Below are positions 12,701 to 27,700 of a stretch of DNA of 64,000 bases, piece after piece. Location: positions 57,784,001-57,848,000 of the forward strand of contig OZ241827.1 in NCBI GenBank assembly GCA_965202585.1. Direction: 5' to 3'. The position numbers were made by a program, and so were the translations under genes. Within the stretch, counting starts at the first letter, position 1. The number at the start of each line of letters is the position of its first letter. The notes under the pieces are model-generated. The model made no database searches. It was given only the letters and a program-made list of their open reading frames with translations, and was not told the DNA's origin. The DNA comes from Thalia democratica (lineage: Eukaryota).

Positions 12701-15700
12701 CTGAAGAATTCTAAAACATGGTAACTGCAAACATAAATCAATTAAAAGCGTTACGCATGAACAATGTCGAAGTTTTTATTCTTTGAAACGTAAACATCAA
12801 ATCTCATTTAATGCCTTTAGTGGCTTTTGTGGCCGATAAGTTTTGTTTTAGTACTTTTGATTAAGCTCTGGGTTTTTATTAAAAAGTCAGATTTGATATT
12901 TTATAAACAAATATTGTTTTCTAATCAGTAAAGCTTTCAGATTTAAGTTTTAACATATACAAGTTTTAATCAATAAATGAAGCCTGAAAGTGACTTTGTT
13001 TGAAACAATTTTATTGAAAATCTTATTGAAGTATGCACACACAAATAATTTATAAGCAGTTTGAATTTCACAATCTGCTGCTATAAAAATGTGTTATGCA
13101 ATAAATTTATTTTACAGTTTAATTCACTCATGTTTTGTTTGCTGCAAACATTTTGACGTTTTTCCAAAAAATACTTTTAAACAAGTGGTTACTTATCTTA
13201 ATAGTTTGTGTTATGGAATACTCAGTTTTAAGTGTTGATAACATTGGCATAAATACAAACATTTAGGCTGGGAACAAAAAAAAAAAAGAAAAGTTAGCAT
13301 GTTAGTTGAAAATAAAAACAAAGAAAATTCGCATATAAAACTAAAACTATAAATTATAAAACTTGCAAAAAACTTTAGACTCATTCAAATATATGCATTT
13401 CGTTGATAAAAAAGTTAATTATAGTTTTTGTTGGTTGTATTTAGACAAAATTATTTTTGAAAACTTCTATCAATAAAAGAACTTATTAGATAAATAAGAA
13501 AAGTACAAGAATAATTGAGAACAGTTTTAAAGGAAGGTTCGATTTCTGATTGGACATTTCTAAGCTGTGTTCAAACTTTAATCTTTAAAAATTATAGCTT
13601 TAAAACATTTTACATTACTAAAGTAATTGCATTTAAAAGTGCCAGAAAATTGTTATGGTTATTTTTTCTAGATTTTGTTTTATAAATATGTCGTACAAGT
13701 TGTAAAACACGTTTATAAAAAAATATTTTAAACATCTTAATGGTTAAGTATGGACGACTATATTTTGTATCAAAGTTTAAAACAAAACTTACGAAATGCT
13801 TAAAATACGTATTTTCATAATTGAATTTTGTAAAATAAAATAAATAGTAAATGTATTCCTCATACAAATATTTTAAGTTTCATAACACACTTTAGTGCTA
13901 TAAAACAATTTAGAAAAAGATACCACAAAAATATTTGTTACCTTAATACCAACTGGTTTCAGACATTTTAAATTATAGTATTCAGTTTCACAGTATACCC
14001 TTTTACCTCTCAGAAGCATTTCATATCGAATTTATCACTTACTTAAGATCTTATTTCAACTTTTGCGCATCTTCGTTAAAATCAAATTACCATTACCTTA
14101 AATGGATTTCGAGAAATTTTTGAGTTTCTAACCGGCTTTTACGAGAAGCTAATTAAATGTTTGTGTTAACTATTTTGTAAACAAAAGCGTACGAAAATAT
14201 TTTCTAATTAACAAACACCTAGCTGAAACAAAAAGCTCGTGAACACTTAAAAAGTTCGTTACAAAGCTTCATTTCTTCGTGTGTGCACGACGAAAAACCG
14301 ATCATGCCATATGTCTTTTTCTATAAAAAAAGCACACACAGATAAAAATATGCAAAGTATTTGATTGTGTTGATTTTTATTGAGGCCGTAGTATCTCGCT
14401 CACAAAAGAGAAATTGCCAGGTTAAACTGATGTAAAGGAGCCCATTGTGCTCAGCTGACTTGTTTTGCAGTTTGAACGTTAATACAGCGAAACACGTGCA
14501 ATATGTGAGCATATTTACAGTTTTTTCATTGCTCGAAATTCAAGCTTGCCTACTGCGGTTTGAGTGAAACAAATGCATAACACAGGGATTAAATAAGAAT
14601 AAACGTTATTTGCATGCAAATTAATTTTTTGCCGAGAAATAAAAGAACAGTTTTATATATAAACCGCTTTTGTCCCGAAAACTTGTTTGCTTAAACAGGT
14701 AGCAAGCAAATATTTAACAGTGAATGAAACTGCACAGGTTACAAAAACACAAAAAAAAAATACAACAGATGTTGAAAGAAAAACATAGTAAGAAGTTCAA
14801 TAAAACAAAGAAATCTTTATTTTTAGCATCGCGCATTCATACCACGCTTTTTGTTTACAGCGCGCTTTATAAGCAAAGTTTAATTTTTTTCTGGTCAAAA
14901 ATCATTCACTCCGTGATACTCGACCTTCGAATGTTTCCGTTCGCGGCAAGTTCATGGCACGAATTTCTAACTTAATTTTAAAATTCAGCAGCATGAGCAG
15001 CAGTTGCCTGTCAAGGCACGCGCGCAATTTTAAGTTGGTTTATTTTTACTTTTTTTTTAAGGTATAATTTTATTCAGGATTTTTGCCGTGCTCCGGATTT
15101 CGCTTAATCCCGAGCTCATGCCTAGCATGTTGTTGGCTTTCTATTAATATTTTGATTTTTTTCTATTTGATAAAATAAAAAATTTGTCCTTGTACTCAAG
15201 TCTTAAAAAAAAACTTACCTAAAGAATTTTTAGGGGCAAACAAGTTTAATTTGATATTAATTACTTTTTTTGTGCACTCACATGAATTGTTTCTGAGTTT
15301 TTTAAAAGATTTAAAGCTATTTCTAAACAATTAACCACAATTAAACAAATACTTTTCTTTGGAAACACAGCAACTTCAAAGCCACCTAGGACGCCTGATG
15401 TTTACAAAACAGCAGTTTGGCAGCTAATTACGCTGAAATTTGCAGTGAAATCGTGTTATTAGCACCACGCAAGTCAGCCAAGGTTATCTGCTTGTCAGAT
15501 TTTATTTACAATTACTTTCCACAGTGATTAAATCAGCGAGCCACCTACGAGCTAACTTTTTCTCATCACCTCATATAAACTCTACCGCTTTAACTCTCTG
15601 TTGTGCTACTTAGCTACTTTATTTCGAAACGGTTCTTAATGCCAGATATAATTTTGATCTGTATTTAATTGCAACACTAGCATATTGTGAAGTAGCTCTC

Positions 15701-18700
15701 GGCGAAAGCGAAAGGAATGGCGTGATTAAACTTTTAAATTTATTGTTCATTTTAGTGGGTAGTACGGTTTGAAGTGCACTCATTTCTGTGTTTTTTCAAA
15801 AACTTTTTTTATTTATCTGTGGGGCGTTACTCGAAGAAAAATTTACGCCATTCTTTCAAATTTCGCTTAACAGCTTCTTAAAAATTTTCACAACGCCATC
15901 TTTCAAAAACTTTTTCTAAGATTCTTTCAGGGTCAAAGAATATTTTTCTGCTTCAAAACATTTCCCAGACGTTTCATGTTTTCCAAGCAGAGGCAGACAA
16001 ACCCAAAACAAAAAAAATCTCTGATGGGAAAAATCTTAAGTGCTTGGATGGTAATTTATAATGTAAACTGCTGGCGTTCTTTGGGCTTAAACGCAAAATT
16101 TTAAAAATAAAAAGTGAACTGTTTAGAAGGCACTCGAGTTGTAACAGAGAAGGATTGTGCGGTTGCAAGCGAATAAAACTCAAATAAAATTCAAATAAAG
16201 TTCAAATAAACATTTGTCATTTCGCTGTAAACTTGTGACTGTTCGTGTAACGCCTACGCTTGTCATATTGTATACCGGAAAAAAGTTCTGTCGAGCTTAA
16301 AATAAAATTTATTTGTTTCTGGAATTTGTTTCTTTAGAAATATTTTTACAACGACTAATTCAGATTAAATTTCCAACGGATAAGACTTCTTTTTTCATAC
16401 TCACTTAAAATTACATCTAAGTAATAATTTACAACTTTTTTTAATTTTATTTATTAATTTTTGAGTTTCTCATTTTTTCTTAATGACTAACAGCTGTATA
16501 TTAGCTGCTATCTTAATTTTCTGTAGCGACTAAGCCAACCGAAAGTAATTGCTCTTCAAATAAAACGTGCTCCTAATTACAGCATCTAATAACTGTGTTC
16601 AAGATAACAGCGTCTGCTGTTTAGTGACTGAGCAAAATGACAAGATATTACATGACACTCGCTTTGTTGTATATAGTGAAACAGCTTAAGTCTGAAAGAC
16701 AATGGTGAAATTTTGACATGTTCCCATGCTTTGATGAGATAATACACATTATGTTATGTTTGAAAGTAGGTCTTTTAATAATCGGTAATTATCAGTAATA
16801 ACTTGAATTGGTAAAATTTTTGTTTTAACTTCACTAAAATGATTCTTTGTGGATTAATTTAATGCTTTTAAATTTAAAAATAACCACAGTTCAGAAAATT
16901 GAAAGTTAAAGTTTCGGTTTTCGATGTTTTCATACTTAAAAGCTTGAAAGTATCTTTAATTTACATCAGTTTTAAAAGAGTAAATATGTTAAAATATCTT
17001 TGTGGTATCATAAGCTCATCTGTCAGTACATGTTAAATGATTGATAGATTGTTAAAAGGTACCTGATTTTATATGTCTGAATAATTGAAATTTTTCGTGC
17101 TCATTTGCAGAAATTTAATGCTGCACTAATGGGACCCTAAACAAAAAATTTATCAAACACATCAAGTTTTTGTAAACAAAATTAATTGGGTTCTAAGTTA
17201 TGAACTGGCTCAGTAGATTGATGTACTTTATTGCATGGTGTAAATAAAACATTGCGTGATTAATTATAACAAGCAAGCATTAGTTTACATTGAAACGCAA
17301 AATTAAATTCAGACAAGTCATTAATCTTCATAAACAATTAACAATCAGTAAACAAGATAATCCGCTAAATCAAGTTAAAGCGCGCAGATAAACACACAAA
17401 TTTTAATTTTGTAATTCGCGCGTAATTTGCTCGTTTATTGAAGGTAAACACTATGTCGCTAATTGCCCGACAAAAAACAAAACAAAGTCGGTTGCGCGGT
17501 CAACGTCGCCGTAAACAAAACTTGTCTTCGATAGGGTAGGTCTTTTTATGTGTACTATTTTATGGGCACTCTTTTATGTGTAGAATTGCTGCAATCAATT
17601 CTGCCTATAATTTTATGTGATGTCATTAACATTATGTGTAGTATTTACATGTTGCTGCAATAAAGTTGCTGCAATTAAATGAAAAATAAAATACTGTCCA
17701 GGCCTTGCTTTATATAAATATTATGGATAGATTTTGTAGTTTTAAATTTATAAACAAACAAATAAAAAAAACTTGAATACACATAAACCAATAGTTTGAT
17801 TTATTTGTACATTTATTTAAATTATAATTTGTAAACTAAAAAAAGTAGTGGCTAGACTTATTAAAAGATTATGGATAATTTTTCTATTTAAGATTTAATA
17901 AAGAAAAAAAAAGCTTGATTACAAATAACCAATTGTTTGATTTAAAATTATATTTATGTAATTTATATTTTTTATACTACCAGAAGTAATGGCTTGGCAT
18001 ATTATAAATATTTTGGATATTTCTTTATTTAAGATTTTGAAAACAAAATAAAAATTTAACACACATAAACCAATAGTTTGATTTATAGTTGTATATATGT
18101 AATTTAATTTAGTAAACTTATAGAAGTAGTGGTTTGGCCTTATGTGTACTGTTTTAAGGGCACTCTTTATGTGTAGAATTGCTTCAATTAACTTATGTGA
18201 TTTCATTTAAATTATGGGTAGTATTTAGATGTTGCTGCAATTAAGTAAAAATAAGATACTGTCTACTTTTAAATCAAACAATTGGTTTAAGTGTATTCAA
18301 GCTTTTTTTTATTAAATATTACACAAAAAAAATATCCATAATCTTTTAATAAGTCTATCCACTACTTCTGTTAATTTACAAAACACAATTCAAATAAATG
18401 TACAAATAAATCAAACTGTTGGTTTATGTGTATTCAAGTTTTTTTTTTTTTTGTTTGTTTATAAATTTAAAACTCAAAAACTATCCATAATATTTATATA
18501 AGGCCTGGACAATATTTTATTTTTCATTTAGTTGCAGCAACATCTAAATACTACCCATTGAATATAATTGATTGAAGCAATTCTACACATAAAATAGTGC
18601 CCATAAAATAGTACACATAAGAGCATACCACTACTTTTATAAGTTTACTAAATATAAATTACATATATACAACTACAAATCAAACTATTGGTTTATGAGC

Positions 18701-21700
18701 GTTCAGTTGTAATTTTTTTATTTTGTTTACAAAATGTTAAATAAATAAAAATTTCAAAATATTTATAATATGCCAAGCCATTGCTTCTGTTAATATAAAA
18801 AATATAAATTACATAAATATAATTTTATATCAAACAATTGGTTTAAGTGTATTCAAGTTTTTTTTTTCTTTATTAAATCTTAGAAAAAAATTATCCATAA
18901 TCTTTTAATAAGTCTAGCCACTACTTTTTTTAGTTTACAAATTATAATTTAAATAAATGTACAAATAAATCAAACTATTGGTTTATGTGTATTCAAGTTT
19001 TTTTTATTTGTTTGTTTATAAATTTAAAACTACAAAATCTATCCATAATATTTATATAAAGCAAGGCCTGGACAGTATTTTATTTTTCATTTAATTGCAG
19101 CAACTTAATTGCAGCAACATGTAAATACTACACATAATGTTAATGACATCACATAAAATTATAGGCAGAATTGATTGCAGCAATTCTACACATAAAATAG
19201 TGCCCATAAAATAGTACACATAAAAAGTCCTACCGTCTTCGATACAAAACAGTGACGTCACAAACAGCGACTTTTGGCAGGTCTTTGTGACGTAACAACT
19301 TCTCACCACGTGCTGTTTGCTCGCCAAACCCCAGCAGCAGTGGAGGTTTGTGCGCGCAGTCACGCAAGTTTTTGTTTGTTAGAGCTTTTATTTTTGCCAC
19401 TTGCTCCTTTTGTTCAGCAATTTGTTTTAATTTTGATAAGTTTGAAATTTATGAGATTATTGTGTGCCTGTGCAACTTTCCTTTTTGTTGTTTACGTTGA
19501 TTTCAAGTGTTTTATAACGTTTGAATGGTTTTAAATGACCACTTTTCAAACGACAGGGAAATAAAAATTCCTTGTTTAAATATTTTTGCACATTTTTTAA
19601 ACTAGAATTATAAAAAAAATTAAAATAATAAAAACTTTACTTAAAACCATAAATTAAATTAATTAAAAAACTTATAACTGAGTTACAAGAAGGTTTATGC
19701 AAAGCTAAGGTATTTTTTGATAGCTTATAAGTGATGGTTTTTTATAGAAAATAAACTTATAGTACTGACCATAAACAATTAAAATGTTTTAAAGTACAAA
19801 ACTTATTTTCTTCGGCAAGTGTAACATGAGCTTAGCGGCGAATTCAATTTTATTTGATTTAAATGGCAAGTTTTTATTAATCCATTCGAGACGAATCGTT
19901 GTGATCATGATACCCCTTGTATTTTAATTTTAATTTTTTGCAGATATTAGTCAAGGCAGATGAATTTGTGACGTCAGACGACGAGGATTATGACGTGACA
20001 GGGGGAAGCGGCGATGACGAATCGTGGCACAGCGCAGTCAAACATGTAAGATTGAAAATTTTCAAAACTTTTCGAAGTATAAATGATTTAAAAGTATCTA
20101 AGAACATGTTTTTCTTTTTTATAATTTGTTGTTTTTCGTATAATTGGATCTTTACATGTCGATTTATCATTGTAACACATCTATTATTATGATTAATTAA
20201 TTTCAAATATCAATTATTGTTTAGTTTTTGAGCACTCAGAAATTGTTTATTGACCTACTAGTAGGTATTTATTATTTTATTTTAATTGAAATGTTTATAG
20301 TGTTTGTAAATTGCATTAATTATATTTCATGTATTTAGTTTCTCATACAACATTGTTGACAATTACGTTTATAAAGTCATGAAAGTTTGTTCAAATTTTT
20401 AATTATATCTATAAACTAAAGTTTTATTAAAATTTTTAGAAATTAATTAAATTTAAATGTTAAACACCAACAGGTGCGCACTCTTTGGTCAGAATGGTCA
20501 AATTGGTCAGATTGTACAAAAACCTGTGGTTTTGGAATTTCTAAGTCTTCAAGATCTTGTTTGAATGGGTTAGTTTTTTTTTTGATTTTAAATTTCTTTA
20601 GTTGTGGTGAATTATTAAACTTTTTTTAGAAAATTTTTTCCGTAATTAAAGATCCAAAATACAATAAAAACAATAAAATTCCCGTTCAATAAAAGTGTTT
20701 GATCTTTACAAACTGTTTGATCTAAGAAAAAAGCAAATTCATCTAAAAACATAAAGTTTGGTGTAATTTTTGAATAAAACATTTTGTATGCAACACTTTA
20801 AATTTTGCAATGTTTTCAAATATCATAAAACGTAAGTTATTCTGTAAAATGAAAGCTTTAAATAGGTTTGCTTGTTATGTTATAAAATTTTTAATAAAAT
20901 AAGTTAAGATTTAAAAAGGTTCGTTTTTATTTAGTTTTAAAATTATTTAACGCAAGTGTTTTGCAGAACATGCATTGGAGAAAATTATAGATACAAACTA
21001 TGCTCGACTGAGGTACGTATTTTACCAACAAGTTACTAATATAAACTATTTGGTCATAATAAGGTCAGTTATGTTGTTTGTAGAAAAGCATTCATAAGCA
21101 CAAAGCAAACACTTTCCAGTGTGTTGGGGCCCAATAAGGGTATTAAAGTATTTGCAAGTTTCTTGATAACTGCGGTGCTTGAAAACAGTAGCCGGGTTTA
21201 AGTAAAGTTTAAAGTTTCACAACGTTTTGTTTGTAGAAGTTTTACCAAATCCTTGCATCAATAAAGTTTATTATGCTGGCGTCCATTGAAGTTTTTACCA
21301 GATTAGTTTTATGTATAATGGTGCCAAACTGCCAAGCTTTCAGCCTTATAACGTAATTGTTACACTGCTACTCTTTAATTAGTCATGGTGTTCGTAATGT
21401 AAAAACATAGATTGAGGAAAAATTTTAAGTTAATTGTTATTTTAAGGTAATAGTTGAAAAATGTAATTAAATCATGAAGTCTTTTTGTATTAACTAGTTG
21501 TAAAAAATAATTGTTAAGATACAGTTAAATACCATAAAAATAGTTTGAGGTTGTTGATATAATAACATATAAGAAATAAAATTCTTATAAAAAAAATCTT
21601 ATAAACTACATGCAGACAAAAAAGTTAAATTTGCAGTCTTCTTTTATCAAAACTTAAAGAAAACATATATAAAAAGGAAGCTACTTTTAATTCTAAATTA

Positions 21701-24700
21701 ACTTTATTAGCTGGATTGGTATAACATACAATTAAAAAGACCATCTTATTTAAAACACTTCATTTTATTTAGTTTCTACATGTAGAACAAAAAATCATTT
21801 TTTATATATTTTTTATAAAAAAACATAAGCAAATTTCATTATCAAAAAATAAATTGCAGGACTGCCCGCAGTTCTCTGTAAGCTTCAGACAACGCCAGTG
21901 CGAAAGTTTCAACTCGGCAACTCAAAAGTGGACGCTTCCCGTGCTGACCGCCTCCGACCTCATCGACCACATGCTGCAGAATGACCTCAATTCCCACTGC
22001 TCCCTCCACTGCAGGTCGAGCGTGACGGGCAAGGTTGCCATGGTAACCGAAAAGGTAGTTGACGGAACCCGTTGCCAGGCGAAAGAGAGTCTGGGGGTTT
22101 GCATCGAAGGAAAATGTGAAGTGAGTGAATAAATAGGATAGGCTTTAATATTTTCTCTTTTTAAAAATAATTTAATATAGGTTCAAAAAAGCTTCTCATG
22201 AAAACATTAAACAATGGATGAAAATATTTTTTTTTAAATTGTGTGGTTTGTTTTTTTCTTGAACTTGAAATAGTAAAAGGACAAACGAGTTTCTTAATCA
22301 GCCTCATGACAGAAACCAACATATTTCCATCTAAATTTTTAATTGTCTAGATTAAATTGAGTATAAAATTCACATTTTCTCCTTTGGCATTTAGTGCTTT
22401 ATCAATTATGAAAACAGTTTGTTTTAAAACGCTGAAATTTCCTTGCGCACTTGAAACAAAAAATTCGTCTTTTTATATCAAGTTGGGTTGGTGTGAGAAA
22501 TTTCTGAGGGTTTTATTTCAAAGCACAAAACCGCAACTTTCTTGATCAACGTTTGGATTTTCGTAATTCTGCCAAAAATTCCATCCGTTTAATTAGCCTG
22601 CTCTGTGCATCTTTGCTTTAAATAAACTTGACAACTGTAATATCCATTGTTAGATTTCCTTTTCTTTTCGTTGTTTGAAAAAAGTTGTGGTTGCGAATAA
22701 TGAGCAATAATACAGCGTTCATAAGGAGATTGCTATATCTTGTTTGGTGAAAGTTATAAATATAATAAATCGCTTCATTCACGTGATTACTGTTCCCATC
22801 ATTAACTTTTGTTTGTCATATGATTTGTTTAACCTTATATGGTTCACAAAGTAAAAAAGTAGTACATTACTTTATCATTACGCTATAGAAATATCCGAAA
22901 AGAGTTGTAGTAACTTACAATTTTAAACAAATGACAAAAAGTAAAACTCGGTTCTCAGCGAAAATTACAAAAAACAAATGAAAAACTGTAATTAAAACAA
23001 AACTTTTTTGGCTCGTTTGCTAAATCGTTTGTTTTACATAAATGGGATAATAATCATGTTATTTTGCAATTTATATGTCTATGTGGTCTGCATATGTGAT
23101 TTGTTAATGTAAATGTTTGCTTTATTAAGTCGTGAACTGAAATTCTCTTATACGGAAATTCAGAAACAATTGCATTGAGTTGAGATTTTTTCGCTTTAAC
23201 ACGGTTTAAAACGTGTTACAAAGGTCGAAATTAAATTATTCGGAATAAGCCATAGCCAAGTTGGGAACAGAAAAAAAACATTTCTACTGGTGTGTGTTTA
23301 TCATACATACCGATGTCATGTTTTTTCATTTTGTAATCACAAGACGCAATTATTCTTGTGTATAACTTCAGTAGTAGCTGAAAAAATTATGTAAAAAATA
23401 CAGTGAGAAAAAAGCACAGTTTAGCAAGAAGCTGTTTCTGAGTAATTCTAACTAAACAAAATCGAATGCTGTTCAAACAATATTATTTGCGCAAGTTGTT
23501 AAAATATAGCATAATCGGATATTTTTGTTTGTGTCTTCTAGTTTGTTTGCTGAAGACTTTCCTGTTGTAGTCATCTTGAATCACACAGAAACTTGATAGC
23601 CATAAACAAATGTTCTGAGCATTTGTGTTCAGGATGTTTTTTTCAAGGAATTATTTTTGCAAAATATATAAAATTTATAAGAAAAAAGTTAAAGTATGAA
23701 AATAAATATAAGTTTAATTACTATTGTATTTTATCAGTTTTTATTTTAAAAAAATATTTAGAACATAAAAGTTAAAAAAAATCTCTAATTAATTTGTAAA
23801 TTTGTTTTTTACATTAATTAACACAACAAGCTATTTATAGCACGCTTAAAACTTTTTGATACAAAAAAAAAACAAAGCAAAATCCTTCTACTCCACAGCG
23901 AGCGGGATGCGACGGAGTGTTGTACGGAGGAGAAGTTTATGACAAATGCGGAGTTTGCGGAGGAGACGGAAGTTCATGCAGATTGATCAGCGGTATTGTG
24001 ACGTCATCAAGTGATAACGGTACCTAATTATAAAAAAATGCTTGTTGTTCTTGGAAAAACGTTCTTGCTCTTATGTACATAGGTTTCAAAAGAAAGTGTG
24101 ATCAAAAATTAGAAAAAAAAAACAAGTATTCAATAAAAGCCTATTTATCAGTATTGAAAATAAAAAACACTGTATCGTTAGTACTTATTATAATTGTTAG
24201 TTACAGAGAAATATTTTTAAATGTTGTGCAAGACAATTTTTGCATGGATTTAATTAACTTTATTTTTTCAAATGTAACTTGAAATATCAAAAGAGCGTAA
24301 TATTGCTAAAAATAGAAAACAATATATGTAAGTTGCAAATGCAAACAATTTTTCTCAGTCTCTTAAAAAATAAAAAGTTATAACAGATAATAAACTAAAA
24401 AAACACTTATTGCTAAATCACTGAGACAGTAATGCAAAGTTAATGTGTTTACAATTGTATAAAAATTATAAATCTAATGATTAATAATGTTTTACGAAGT
24501 GCTCTCTGAGAAAATACTTAAGTTGAATTTTGAATCAGTTTAAAAGGCTATTAAACTGTATTCAACTCCTTAATAATCGTAAGATGCACTTTTTAATTGT
24601 AAATAGTTTTCTAAATATTTTAATACCTTTTTAATTTAGATCTAAATAAAGTTGATATTTTATCTGTGCTGACTTAATATCTGTAATAAATCATATATAT

Positions 24701-27700
24701 ATTAAATTGTGGACGTTACTGCAATTGACATTTACAAAAATATTTTAATCTAAAGATTGATCATTTAATGAATTTATACGTTATATCGCTGCTTTAAATT
24801 TAAAAATACCAAAAATTCAGTTTTCACGCGTTTAAGTTGACAAACTATTTTTTTTGTTTTTTATGAATTATAGCTGTTAAACATGGGAACGGGTCTAAAC
24901 TACACGAATACAATATTGCACGAGGTTACTTTATTGTACGAGGGGACAAAATTGCACGAGAACAAAATTTCACGAGTGCACAAAATTATACAAGTTACAT
25001 TTTTGCACGAGAGTAAAAAACTACAGAAAAGAATTAAAAAAAAAAAAAAAAACTGAGAAATAATTTAATGAAAAAAATTGAAAATTAAAGTTACTGACCG
25101 CGGTTTGGGTTAGGGTTAACAGTGATAGTAAAATTAAAAAAAAAATAACTAATTAAAAAAAATAAAAAAGCTACCGACCGAGGGTAAGGGTTAGGGGTAA
25201 CAGTGATAGTAAAATAAGATAAATATAAAAATAAATAAAATTAAAATAAGAAATAAAACACAAAAATAAAATAAAAAAATAAAAAATATTTAACTTACCG
25301 ACCGAGGGTAAAGATTAGAGGTAAAATAAATATAAAAAAAAAAAATTAAAAAACAAAAACAAAATTAAAAAAAATAAAAAAACTGAAAAATAAATATTTA
25401 ACCCATTTAAAAAAGTCTCCGTGCAAAATTTTCTGCTCGTGAAAAAGTGACCCTTCGTGCAATTTCATCTTCGTGCAATTTTACCCCCTCGTGCAAAAGT
25501 GTCATCGTGGTGAATATTAATCCTCGTATAATTTTGTGCACTCGTGCAACTTGGTCCCATCGTGCAAATTTGACAGCAACCCGTTAAATATAGTTAACAC
25601 AAAATTAAAACAATGTTCTATTTTTTAATGCACTGCATTTTACTCGTATGTAAATATTTAAACAGATTAGTAAAAAAACAGTTATAACTTATTGAAATTG
25701 AAACTTTGATATGTAAAAAAACCTATCATAAGTACTTAGAATTAGATAGTTTGCTTATTTCTTTTAGTATCATGTGTTATAACAAAAATTTTAGAATACA
25801 ATTATAGTTTTTTATAACTTTTCGTCAGTAGTTCAGATGCTAGTTTTTCTTAGAATCTATTATATTGCTAAATAATAAAAAAAAATAACCAGAGGTAACT
25901 ATTTGTTACATTTTATAAACTTTAATTTAAGTAAATCAATAACTTTTCAGAAACAATTACTGAGATTCCAGCATCAAGCACAAACATTATAGTTTCCGCG
26001 GATGTTAGCTTCGGTAAATTAGTTTAATTTTTATACATAATATTATATTGATAGCAATTTATATTTTACTTAAGCTTCTTGTCGTTATTAAAATTAAAAA
26101 AAAATTTTTTATCGCTCACTTACATTACAAATACTATTTATTACGTTTTAATTTTTTAACAGCTCTATGTTCATATTTAATTAAAATACGTAGTCATAAA
26201 TAAAACCAAAAACAACAAATCTATGCTTCTTGATTTTACAAATACATGACAACTATGTTCGGCTTACATAACAAACTTCATTGCAGATATAGTATCTGAG
26301 GAGAAAAACCTCAGCTTGATAGAAGTGAACGAAGAAGTAAAACAACCGCTAGCTGACGCCGAAGAGCTGTCAAATTTAGACGACTTTGTTTACTCTCTCG
26401 CAGGGCCGATTAAAGAAAACGCGAAAGTTGTAGTAAGTTTGCATGATGTATTACTAGTAACTTTAATACTTTTCTCTTTCACAATTTTTCAATTTATGTT
26501 CTTTATATTTTTTCCATTTTTAATAAACACTCTTTCATTTAGGTAATTAAAATATCACCTGAATTTTGTGAAACAATTGTTTTTATTTGTAAATTTTAAA
26601 TCTTTAAAAACGTTAGTTTAAGTTAAGTTTTTACTTATTTTTACTTTAAAAGTATTTATATAATAATAAACAGATAGACTTTTTAAGTTAAGGCAAATAT
26701 CTATACAACAATAAACTAAGTATAAGTTTTCCTTTCAAAATCTACAAATCTTATACTTATACCCATACAAAAAACACAAAAGATATTAATAAAAGTAAAA
26801 AGAAAACTTAAACTATAGAAAACATAAAACTTGCTGTTTAGTTTTTAAATTTACTAAACATCGCAAGTGTTAAACTTTAGAACATCTGAAATAAAAAATA
26901 AATAAATAAAATTTTTATGTTTGTTGCTTTTAAAATGATTAGTTAATAGTTAATTTCCTAAAGTAAAATTATGTTTGAGTATTTGAAATTCTATAATTTT
27001 AGTCTAAATTAATTTAACTAAATTTAAAATAGCTTTTTTTTAAGAAACTTCAGCTGATATGATTATTTGTTAAACCATACAAAAAACTAGTTTTAAATGT
27101 AAATAAAGTATTTCTATTAGGAAACCTTTTATTCTTAATCAGCTTATAAGTATAAAATTAAAAAAAAAAAGTTTACATAAACTTTATTACATAAGTTCTT
27201 AAATGTTGTTTCACTGTCAACGATTATTAAAAAATAAACAAAACTAGGTATTTGTTTTAAAAGCTGTTAGTATACTTTGTTTGGTAATAGTTAACAAGTT
27301 AAACAAGTTAATAAGATTTAACACATGAAAAATATGTTTTTAGGTATATTAGTTTTAAGTATTTGCGCTAGAATTTCAAAAAATCTCAAGTTATTTAAAA
27401 AAATAAAGCACAAGTTTCTAGACAATAAATTGTAGAAATATTTTGTAGGTTGAATGTAAAATGCCAAAAAGATTATCCAACAAAAACCAGTAATTGAATA
27501 ATTCATACTTTGTACAAGCTCCCATAAGCCTTACGAAGTAAATTTATCAGTACAATAGCCAAATTTTAAAGAATATGTTCAAGCATAATACGAGCTCGTG
27601 TCATTTCATAATTGTAGTTTATCATGCATTTTCATACAAAAAAGTCCACATAAAAATAGTTTTACTACTAAAATAAATTAATAAATGTGTACCCACAAAA

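Noticed and set aside
17919-19363. ORFs 17919-18206 and 19091-19363 as a possible transposase
   Set aside because: They are low-complexity translations of the foldback arms, with no DDE or other motif.
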